A DNA stretch of 64,000 bases from Bryobacterales bacterium (GTDB taxonomy: Bacteria; Acidobacteriota; Terriglobia; Bryobacterales; Bryobacteraceae), in contig CAVYKR010000004.1 of assembly GCA_963769205.1 (NCBI GenBank), positions 34,592 through 98,591 on the forward strand, in the 5' to 3' direction. Positions 55,617 to 64,000 of the stretch are shown piece after piece (the stretch's first letter is position 1; each line of letters starts with the position of its first letter). The translations under genes and the position numbers were made by a program. Below the pieces are notes generated by a model. The model worked only from the letters and a program-made list of their open reading frames with translations. It was not told the DNA's origin and made no database searches.

Positions 55617-56346
55617 TTAGAGGCAACCACCACGACCGCCGCCGATGTGCAATCTGCGATTTCCTAAAAAACGCCCGATGAGTGCTCCTAAGATCACTGT
55701 GGCGATGATCGCTGCTCCGTGCGCTCCCAGCGCATGCCAGGGGGTCGAAAACGGGCATGCAATGCGCCAACCGGCATTGATCGCGAGACCCGCGCCTGCG
55801 CCATAGAGGGCACCCGCTACAGTTGGCCGGGTCGCGAGCGAGTTTCGAAACACCCAACTGAAGAACAGGACCAGGATTCCCCCGGCTAGCGTGCTGCCGA
55901 TCCCGCAGGCGAGGCCCATGATCCATGGCGAGACACGCAGGGTTTCGTTGATCCATGGCGGGACGGGCAGGGTTGCGGTCCCAGGACTAGTCGAGAAGGT
56001 TAGCAGGGTGACAAATACGACAACCAAAGATGCCGCGACCGCCGCGGAGTAAACCATCTGCCTCGGCAGCCTGCCAGCCGGTGTGCTTTCGTGCGCGGCG
56101 ATCCAGACGAGCGCGATCGCCAACACGAACTGCGCGGCGGAGGCGCCCCACGTCAAGAGCGGTCCTAATATCCCTGAGTCCTGACGGGGGCCGATAGCCA
56201 GCAGAATCACCGACGAAACCAGGAGAGCGAGAGGGACCATTCGCAACGCCAGGTGGAGCGGTTGCGGCGAAGGTCTGACGGGTTTGAGATCCTGGGCGAT
56301 CGCCCGCAGTCAGCGCTTCCGGTGGCTTCGGTGAACGATCCATCAT
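55617..56346 (-). CDS. putative anti-sigma factor, NrsF/DUF1109-like 6-TM membrane protein; N-terminal frameshift
   Basis: The start ATGATGGAT overlaps the sigma stop by 4 nt. The frame switches near 56295, then ORF 55617-56246 is the multi-TM body. Confidence 0.5.
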
Positions 56347-56897
56347 GCACGAGCCCTTTGAAGACTGTTCAGCGCCACGCGCAGGTCTGCCATTCCCCGG
56401 CTGGCGCGCGCGCGAGCCGCCGCGGCACTAATGCCCAGCATCCCGGCGATCTCCTCGAAACTGAACCCCCACTCATGGTGCAGCAGCAGCGCTTCGGCCT
56501 GATCCGGGGGTAAATGCGCAATACCTCTGCGGATCTCGTCCTGAGAGCCGAGCCTGTCGGCTTCCGGAAGCACGGGGAATTCAGGCAAATCCTCGCGCGA
56601 CTCATGAACCTTTGCCCATCGCCGGGCCGCACGCCGATTCATCAGAAAAACGTTTCGCGCCAAACCGAACACCCAGGGTCTAACCGCATATGTCGGGTTG
56701 TATGCGGCTCTCGACCGGTGCATTTGAAGAAACGTTTCCTGAAGCAGATCATCGGCGATTTCGGAGCCGCCTGCCAAATGCGACAGATACCGGCGCACTC
56801 CCGGCGCGAGCTGCGCGTAGATCTCCTGAAATGCTTCCAGTGATCCGCCCTGATAGCGGATCATCAGGGCGCGAAGTTCCTGATCTCCTTCGCTCAC
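56343..56897 (-). CDS. ECF (sigma-70 family, group 4) RNA polymerase sigma factor
   Basis: It has region 2 (DDLLQETFLQMHR) and a region 4 HTH (ALLLHHEWGFSFEEIAGMLGIS). Confidence 0.8.
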   Translation of the reverse strand: MSEGDQELRALMIRYQGGSLEAFQEIYAQLAPGVRRYLSHLAGGSEIADDLLQETFLQMHRSRAAYNPTYAVRPWVFGLARNVFLMNRRAARRWAKVHESREDLPEFPVLPEADRLGSQDEIRRGIAHLPPDQAEALLLHHEWGFSFEEIAGMLGISAAAARARASRGMADLRVALNSLQRARA

Positions 56898-57047
56898 TAT
56901 TTAAACTCTTTGCCGCGCGAGGCGCGATTTGTGACCGGTTTCCTGCCAGAAATCGATCATTCGTAATCGTGTCACAGGCCGGGTGCCGCGGGCAAATATC
57001 AGGACAGGCGAGCGAAACGCCGCCAGCGAACTGAATCGAGGTAAACC

Positions 57048-57461
57048 ATGAAACTACTCTTCCCCCTGCTTATGTCTGTGCTTCCGGTGGCATCCGTGCT
57101 GGCGCAAACCCAGGGCTCACCCCAGCCGCCTTCCGGCGCGCCATCACCTAAGACCACCGAAGTGATGGTCATCCTGACTGTCAAACAGGGAGTGACTCGT
57201 CAGCAGATCATGCAAATCATGCCGGACGAGATTCGGGCAACGGTGAAGCTCTATCTCGACGGTAAGATTCGCCAGTGGTACTCAAGGGGCGACGGCCGAG
57301 GCGTGATTCTTTTTCTGGACGTGAAGACCGTGGACGAAGCCCACGCCGTCATGGACACGCTGCCGCTGTCGAAAGAGAACCTGATGGACCACGAGTACAT
57401 TCCCGTCGGTCCGCTCATGCCGCTCGGTGCCTTGATTGGCGGTGGGCCGGCTCGGCAATAA
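57048..57461 (+). CDS. small secreted protein, muconolactone-isomerase-like/Dabb-type fold
   Basis: It has a signal peptide, then ...GKIRQWYSRGDGRGVILFLDVKTVDEAHAVMDTLPLSKENLMDHEYIPVGPL, which parallels the MLI family pattern. Confidence 0.45.
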   Translation: MKLLFPLLMSVLPVASVLAQTQGSPQPPSGAPSPKTTEVMVILTVKQGVTRQQIMQIMPDEIRATVKLYLDGKIRQWYSRGDGRGVILFLDVKTVDEAHAVMDTLPLSKENLMDHEYIPVGPLMPLGALIGGGPARQ

Positions 57462-57471
57462 AGGATCGATC

Positions 57472-57977
57472 ATGCCATTTCCAGCTTTGTTCGGAATCAG
57501 CGTAGCGTTCGGCTTGGCTGTTTGGGGAGCAGTGGCGTGGCACTATATTTGGCCAGCGCTAAAAGAACGCCCCAGCCCCGAGAACCTGAAGCCCATCCTA
57601 CTGCTGCATGGGTTCAGGTTCCTCGGATTGGCATTTGTGGTGCCGGGTGTTGTGTCTCCAGAGTTACCTGCGGCATTTGCTCAACCAGTAGCTTACGGTG
57701 ATCTCATAACCGCCCTTCTGGCTTTGCTCGCTCTGGCTACCCTGGGAACCCGTGCTGGGACAGTGGTGACCTGGGTTTTCAATACCTTCGGAACGGCGGA
57801 CCTGCTCTTCGGCTTTTTACCAGGGAGCCCGCATATCACTCCCAGATACGCAAGGCTTGTTAGGCGCTGGTTATTTTATCCTGACTGCCTACGTGCCTCT
57901 TCTTCTCATAACGCATGGCTTGGCGTTTCGAATACTGCTGCGAACGAAGGTTGTCGCCCCGTCCCGCAGCAAACTGA
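57472..57977 (+). CDS. membrane protein of unknown function, C-terminus frameshifted
   Basis: It starts MPFPALFGISVAFGLAVWGAV and has 4 predicted TM helices. The last helix continues in another frame (GAGYFILTAYVPLLLITHGLAF) after ~57840. Confidence 0.4.
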
Positions 57978-57999
57978 GTACCGCTTGAGGTTACGCCGT

Positions 58000-58533
58000 C
58001 TACTTGGGTTCGTCGGATTTCAGAATCCGCAACACTGAGAGGATTGTGCTCCAACTGCGCGTGGTCGCCCGCGCCCCAAAGAGCCTGTCGATCTGGCCGA
58101 GACAGCCAATTGTTTTCATGTGGCGGCGGTACACCCCATACACGAGACGATTCTTCGAGCCAATGATTCGCACCAGCCAGTCCCCACCTTCGGGAAGAGC
58201 AACAGGAAGAGAAACTCTGCGGCGGCCAGCCTCCGACAGGATGCTTACAAACCGAACAACATCTGCCGGCGGTGGCTCAGTTCCAAACGGATTGTCCAGC
58301 GCTAGTCGAATCAGGTCACGGCCGTCGCAAGAGGCGATGGTTGCTTCAAACGGCAGCTTCCGGCGCAACTCGGCCAGGAACTTTGCGCGCAACCCAGGTT
58401 TGCGAATGACAAGCGTGCCCGCGGCGCCCACGTTCACGGCATCGTAGACGCCCAGTTCTTTGGCGAGCACGCTCGGACGAAAAGCCCTGTGTCCTCCGAC
58501 GTTGATGCCCCGGAAGAAAACAATCAAAGCCAT
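58000..58533 (-). CDS. DUF1697 family protein
   Basis: It reads MALIVFFRGINVGGHR...VNVGAAGTLVI..., the typical DUF1697 N-terminus. Confidence 0.6.
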   Translation of the reverse strand: MALIVFFRGINVGGHRAFRPSVLAKELGVYDAVNVGAAGTLVIRKPGLRAKFLAELRRKLPFEATIASCDGRDLIRLALDNPFGTEPPPADVVRFVSILSEAGRRRVSLPVALPEGGDWLVRIIGSKNRLVYGVYRRHMKTIGCLGQIDRLFGARATTRSWSTILSVLRILKSDEPK

Positions 58534-58593
58534 GCTGCCCATTGTTGCAGCACCGAAGTACCGAGGAGAAGCGGAAGCGGCCGGTTCTCTTGA

Positions 58594-59802
58594 TTACTCG
58601 TCGCCGGATTTGCGTTGGGCTTGGTCGGCATCCGCAGCCAAGTCCTTTAGCAGCTCGGTAAACTCCGGCGTCTGGCCGATGAAGAGTCCGTCACTCGTGA
58701 GAGCGTTGGCTGCTCCCATCGCAATGCCCTTGGTCCCGGTTGGACGAATAATTGAACAAAGCGGGAAGCTGCGGCTTAGGAATGGGCATGGCTCGGGCAT
58801 GATGAGGTTGGCTTGCAACGTTTCCGGCTGGCCGAAGTGGAGGTCGAAGAACGTAACATCTGAGTTGTTTATCGGATCATGGACCGTAAACGGCGGATTG
58901 GCTGGGGGCCCATTCGGGTTTGTGTTCGCATTCCCGGCTTTGTCTTGCCAAGTCTGAAAGTGCATGGTCTCAGTTGGACCGATACTGAGAAGGATTCTCA
59001 ATACTTCCGGGTCGCTTACTCTCTGAGCAAGCCCCGGATAGAGGCTGGTGCCACCTTGCTCAATAAAGCAAAAGTGGAAGCCCGCCGTGAAGGCGATCGC
59101 ATTGATCAAGTTAGCGTTGTTCGCATCAGCATCGTTTCTGGGAATTGCCGTATGCTTCCCGATGTTCAAACTCGGGACTGCTTGAGCGAATGAGGTATCA
59201 CCGAGATCGGGGTTCTCATTGTTGGAGCGATACCGGCCCCAAAAACTCGTATCCACGGTGAGCTGGGTGAGATTGGTCAGCCGGCCTTTCTTAGTTGACC
59301 CGGTTGCCACGCTACCTGGTAACGTGCGGAAATGCGGGCCGACAAGAAGATCAAGCTCTGCCGTGTTAGCCCCTTTCGACTTCAGGTACGCAAGCAGGAA
59401 GTTTGCGTGACTGAATTCATCATCGGTATTGTCGTTAATGTACTGGGGCATGTCGCCATCCAGGATCTCGAGAGCGGTGGTGTACGGTGCGTTCCCTCCG
59501 GTGGGAGTTGGCTTAGTGCCGGTTGCCGGATTAGCAGCTTCGAAACCGCTGGTGACCGCCGGACCTGAAATAAGTTCCCAGTATTGTTCCCAGAGATCAC
59601 TTTCGAGGATTTCGGCTGCGGCCACGAACCGCAGAATTGCGGCATCGCCGGTACTGAGCTTGCCGGGCGGGTCACCGAACGCTGGTTGGGAATTGGACAG
59701 GAGTCCGGCACCGACACCGGCCGTGCCTACTGCCGCCAGTCCTCTTTGGATGAAAGAGCGCCGGTCGGTTGCACGCTTGATACGATTCGTTAAATCTTTC
59801 AT
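58594..59802 (-). CDS. Tat-exported ferritin-like domain protein
   Basis: It has a Tat signal (DRRSFIQRGLAAVGTAGVGAGL) and Ferritin_2-like AAAEILESDLWEQY / TETMHFQTW helices. Confidence 0.6.
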   Translation of the reverse strand: MKDLTNRIKRATDRRSFIQRGLAAVGTAGVGAGLLSNSQPAFGDPPGKLSTGDAAILRFVAAAEILESDLWEQYWELISGPAVTSGFEAANPATGTKPTPTGGNAPYTTALEILDGDMPQYINDNTDDEFSHANFLLAYLKSKGANTAELDLLVGPHFRTLPGSVATGSTKKGRLTNLTQLTVDTSFWGRYRSNNENPDLGDTSFAQAVPSLNIGKHTAIPRNDADANNANLINAIAFTAGFHFCFIEQGGTSLYPGLAQRVSDPEVLRILLSIGPTETMHFQTWQDKAGNANTNPNGPPANPPFTVHDPINNSDVTFFDLHFGQPETLQANLIMPEPCPFLSRSFPLCSIIRPTGTKGIAMGAANALTSDGLFIGQTPEFTELLKDLAADADQAQRKSGDE

Positions 59803-60006
59803 ACGTTCCCTCCTATTTATAGGTCACAAAGTGACAATTGATCGGAAAAGAGCCTTGTGCTCGACTGATCGTAAACCGGATAGGGAGGAATGTCTGTAGG
59901 AATGCGGCTAAATCTTGGTAAATGAATTGTAAAAAGGCGTTTGAAATAGCTGCTGCCGGTTAACCCGCGCAAAGCGGGAGTAAACTACAGTACGGAAACG
60001 GCACTT

Positions 60007-61119
60007 ATGAGCGACGGCGAGCCTCAGGCTTTTTTCTCATACAGCCGCAGCGACTCACCTTTCGTCACTCGCTTGGCGGCCGACCTTAAGGCAGCCGGCG
60101 TCAGCGCCTGGCTGGATACGCGAGACATCGCACCGGGACACGAGTGGGACCGAGCGATCGAAGCCGCCCTCGCCAAAATCCCTCGCATGATTTTGATTCT
60201 GTCGCCGGCTTCGGCGGCGTCTCGAAACGTACGTGATGAAATCTCGTTCGCAATCGATTCCGGCAAAGAAATATATCCGGTGCTGTACGGAACTTGTGAA
60301 TTGCCTCTTCAGGTTCGCCGGCTGCAGTATGTGGATTTTCGCGACGACTACGAAGCCGGCCGCGCCACTCTGATAGCGAAACTGACCGGCGCCGGCGCGC
60401 CGACCCGCGAATCGCCTGTCGCGGTTCGCCGCCGCTGGCCGTTTGTGGCCGCCGCTCTCAGCCTCTTAGCCATCGCTGTGCTGTTCTGGGTACTGCGGCC
60501 AAAGCCGGTTGTTCGACAATCGGCCAGGTTGCTCGAGTCCACAGAAGTGCAGTCTTCGAGCACGGCGCCTGGGACCGCCGAAGCCGGCCTGCGGCTCGAA
60601 ATTCAGAATATGAAGCAGGCAACGCCGATCCTTGCGCCGAATCAGCCTCGCTGGAACGGCGAGCCGATCTGGTGCGAGACTGCTGTTTTTGACTTATTGG
60701 TCGCGCATAATCGCGCTGCCCCCGATGCGCTACTGGTTAACGATCTGGGTATCCGCACAGAAGCAGTTGCCGCCAAGCCTCCGGATCCTGTCGATTGTTC
60801 CATTGACACGCTCAACAGCAAACCCTTTGGCATCGTGGTGGTCAATCAATACTCATTCGATCTTTCGGCTGCCGGATTGTCGGGCCGCTTCATCAAATCG
60901 GGCCGCGTGGGAGACGCAAGCCCTGTAAATCCCGACAGCCTGCTTCAGGTGGGCGGCGAAAAACTTGCCATCACGCTTCAGCCGAACGAAACGGCTACGC
61001 CTTTCAACATCTCAGTTCATACCCGCGCGCCAGGCTTGTATCGCGTCTGGTTCACCGCGGCCTATGACGAATCCGGCCCTCGCAGAGCCAAATCTCAATC
61101 CTTCCTGCTCGCAAAGTGA
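60007..61119 (+). CDS. TIR-domain membrane protein: cytoplasmic N-terminal TIR (TIR_2-like), one TM helix, about 205-aa extracytoplasmic C-terminal domain
   Basis: The TIR region reads FFSYSRSDSPFVTRLAADLKAAGVSAWLDTRDIAPGHEWDRAIEAALAKIPRMILILSPASAASRNVRDEISFA...IYPVL. The TM helix is WPFVAAALSLLAIAVLFWVL. The C-terminal domain is beta-rich and matches nothing I recognise. Confidence 0.8.
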   Translation: MSDGEPQAFFSYSRSDSPFVTRLAADLKAAGVSAWLDTRDIAPGHEWDRAIEAALAKIPRMILILSPASAASRNVRDEISFAIDSGKEIYPVLYGTCELPLQVRRLQYVDFRDDYEAGRATLIAKLTGAGAPTRESPVAVRRRWPFVAAALSLLAIAVLFWVLRPKPVVRQSARLLESTEVQSSSTAPGTAEAGLRLEIQNMKQATPILAPNQPRWNGEPIWCETAVFDLLVAHNRAAPDALLVNDLGIRTEAVAAKPPDPVDCSIDTLNSKPFGIVVVNQYSFDLSAAGLSGRFIKSGRVGDASPVNPDSLLQVGGEKLAITLQPNETATPFNISVHTRAPGLYRVWFTAAYDESGPRRAKSQSFLLAK

Positions 61120-61137
61120 GAGAGAAATGAGGCAACT

Positions 61138-62902
61138 ATGCCGCGACAAGTTCATCAATCCATTTTTCCAGCCGCACTGGTTTTAGCATGTGCCGGGTCG
61201 CTATGCGGCCAGCAGGAGCTTACCGGTTCCGACTATCTCCGGTGGTACCAAGCCAAATATCTTTCGGGCCAGGGCGTGTCGTACACGCCGGAAGAACTTC
61301 TGCCGGTGATGCAGGACAAGCAGAAGCACGCCTATGCAAATGTAATTCGCGAGACGACGGAGTTGATTAATCGGGATGCTAAGTCGTTTTACAGCCCTCC
61401 CTATGTCAACTGGGTGAAGTCGCTGGCCTATATCGAAAGAGGAGCTGCTAAAGCTGCACTCAGCGGAAAGCCCGAAGACGATGCGCCGGATCTCGCCGAG
61501 GCCGGCAAACTCGGTAATTTGCGGGCGGCGACGACTCTAAGCTCGCGTCTTTTCGAGAAGATGAACGCGGGTTCGGGAGACGCGGCGGCGCGCGTGAATT
61601 TGGATGACTTAGTGAAATATTTGCGCATCGGGGCCGAATTGGGCGAGCCATGGTCTGCGGCGCACATCGTTCAAGTTCCGAAAAGCATGACGCTGGCGGA
61701 GGGAACGTACTGGACCCTGCTGAGTATCGGTAAGGACAGCGACCCGGATGCCGATTTCAGAAACCGCCTGGTCAACTGGCTGTATTCAAAAGTCGGCGCC
61801 GAGGGAGTTGAGAATGCTTTGAAGCAACTTTCTCCTCTGGGCGGCACGATCAAAGGCGGAGTGGTCTCCGGACTTCCCGGCCGCGGCGCGATGGCAACCG
61901 TTTATGGCGACGCCATTCTCAGACGGGAATACTCCTTCAACTATGGGAAGCGGCAGCCGAAGGAACATAACTCGGAGAGCCCCTCGACGCTGGAAGTGTT
62001 CAAGGCCGAGCGAGCAATCTGCCGACCTGGTCGGCCACGCTTCGGTCTATATGCTGGTACCCGGTTCCCGTAAGTTCAGTGACCCGGCGATTATTTCCGT
62101 CCCAGCGGCCCAAATCGCAACTTACATGAGTCCCAGCGACATGATCGTGGTCGGCTGCGGAGATCTCGTTCACATGGCTCGCATTTACCGCGTCGACCGG
62201 ACGGCCGGCACGGTTGATTTCGTCGATGGGCTGTTTGAATACTGGCAATCGAGCCACAATTCCTGCATTTCCAGCTTTCAGTTCGTTCCCTTTATTCATG
62301 GCGGTTACCTCATTCGGGTTCCACTGCGCGATGTGGCAGCGATCGTGCAGGCTGTGATGACGTTTCGTGATCGCGTGTTACCGCCACCCACGGGGAATGC
62401 CGGGCCGGCCGATGGCTACGTAACGCTGGCTGGATTCACTGCTTCGGAATTCTTCAAGGCTCGTAATATTCAGCAGGTAAACGTCGAGCCGTTGGATCGG
62501 GGCGAGCAACTGGTCCGTTACATGACGGGGGCCGACCAGGACAAGATCTTCATTAGCGTGCGAGTGGATCGGGCGTATCGAATCACCGAAGCTTTCATTA
62601 GCGTCGATAGAGACTGGCTCGGAGCGCTCGGCAAGTTCAACCCGGATGGCAGCGAGGTCGTGAAGTCGTTTATCGGCGCCGTAACTCCGAAGGCTTCAGT
62701 CGGGGCGGTACAGCCGTTAGTGCGGGCCCTTGGGAGCAAGACCCAACCCGATACTTCCGGCATCGGCGAATTGCTGCAGGTCTATGACGGAACCGGGCCC
62801 CATGCTTCGCTCGATCTTTCAACCGGCAAGCTCCTGCTGGAGAGCCTAAAAGAGAGTTCGGGCATTGTTCTGAAGGCGACCATGGAGACGAACGCGCGCT
62901 GA
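61138..62902 (+). CDS. secreted/periplasmic protein of unknown function (about 588 aa), one frameshift near 62020
   Basis: It has a signal peptide (MPRQVHQSIFPAALVLACAGSLCGQQ). ORFs 61138-62073 and 61904-62902 overlap. The N-terminal half is helical (possible Sel1/TPR-like). It starts 18 nt after the TIR gene. Confidence 0.55.
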
Positions 62903-63020
62903 AAGACCGGTCTGTTTTCCGATCGAGTATATTAAGTTAAATCAGTATCGAACTACGGATCATAGTCGCGTTTGGCGCTTCACAATCCGACGACGACGAT
63001 GATCCAGGAGGACGCCGATT

Positions 63021-63874
63021 ATGGATTCGACCCGACGCAGCATACTGGCAGTGGGCGCCGCCGCAGCGGCAACGGCCGCCGTACCGCGCGTATTTGGACA
63101 GCAGGGGGAAAAAGAGGAGCCGGCAAGTTCTATGAACACGGCCCCGTTCGCATCTACTATGAGGAGGCCGGGGCCGGTTTCCCGCTGCTGCTGATTCCCG
63201 GCGGGGGATTGAACTCGACCATATCTTTCTTTAGCGGCAACTCGCCTTTCAACGCCATCGAGGAGTTCAAGGGACAGTATCGCTGCATCACGGCAGATCT
63301 CCGCAACGCCCCCAGCGGACAATCCACAGGCCCGGTCGAGGTGGATCGGCCGTGGGAATCCTACGCCGACGACCAACTTGGCCTAATGGATCATCTGGGG
63401 ATCGACAAGTTCATGGTGATGGGTTTCTGCATCGGCGGGCCCTTCATCTGGAGTCTCTTGAAGCGCGCACCCAATCGTATTTCCGCCGCGGTGCTGGCGC
63501 AGCCCGTGGGCTGGCGTCCGGAGATGCGCGACCCGAAGTACCCGGGCACATTTTGGAAGAGCTGGGGTGCGACGCTGATTGCGAAGCGACCCGAAATCAC
63601 GATGCAGACGACCGATCAATTTGTGACCAAGATGTTCGAGACCAACCCCGACTTCGTTTTCACGGTGACACGCGATTTCGTGCGCAGTTGTCAAAACCCG
63701 GTGCTGGTGATGCCGGACGAGGTCCCCGCGCACCCATACGCCGTCGCAATGGAGTGCGCGATGCTGGCGCCGAAAGCGGAAGTGAGCATTTTTCCGTGGA
63801 AAGAGCCCAAGGAACGGATTCCTCTGGCAGTGCGCCAAGTCCATTCGTTCCTCAAGGCTCATCAATCGGCTTGA
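63021..63874 (+). CDS. alpha/beta hydrolase, probable Tat signal; frameshift near 63110
   Basis: It starts MDSTRRSILAVGAAAAATAAVPRVFGQQ in one frame. The body (ORF 62972-63874) has FPLLLIPGGG...MGFCIGG, a nucleophile elbow. Confidence 0.6.
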
Positions 63875-64000
63875 TATTTACCAGACCTTGCAGGCCGTGA
63901 TGTAAGTTTTCCGAAGGGATCGGCCACTACCGGCTGGCGGGCGGGACAATGCCGTTCATGCGCAAGTACTCGATGACCTGGCCGTAATGATCATATGCGT

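Overview
This is a high-GC (~62%) chromosomal segment that looks Acidobacteria-like (Solibacter-type). The lineage call rests on signature families seen in the translations: VWFA-related acidobacterial domain (TIGR03436-like) proteins, TIGR03435-like proteins, huge TonB-dependent receptors with a carboxypeptidase-regulatory-like N-terminal domain, PSCyt/DUF1587/DUF1592/DUF1588/DUF1585 + DUF1501 gene pairs, and an S53 sedolisin with tandem BACON-like repeats. I found no rRNA, tRNA, CRISPR array, integrase or transposase. Coding content is mostly secreted/envelope proteins plus several signalling modules: Ser/Thr kinase-BRCT, histidine kinases, ECF sigma/anti-sigma + TIGR03435, and an NfeD-flotillin pair. 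The most striking pattern is that roughly 20 genes, concentrated at 5.4-12.3 kb and 22.2-30.5 kb but also scattered elsewhere, are split by single-base frameshifts, many of them next to an intact paralog. A lower-GC ~2.7 kb island (44.5-47.2 kb) holds a porin-like gene, a Cys-rich secreted protein, and an arylsulfatase whose 5' end is a duplicated copy of the neighbouring gene's leader. The strongest candidate for a novel system is at 60.0-62.9 kb: a protein with a cytoplasmic N-terminal TIR domain, one transmembrane helix and an extracytoplasmic C-terminal domain (inverted Toll-like topology), immediately followed by a ~590-aa secreted partner of unknown fold. All calls come from reading the six-frame translations; no database search was run.
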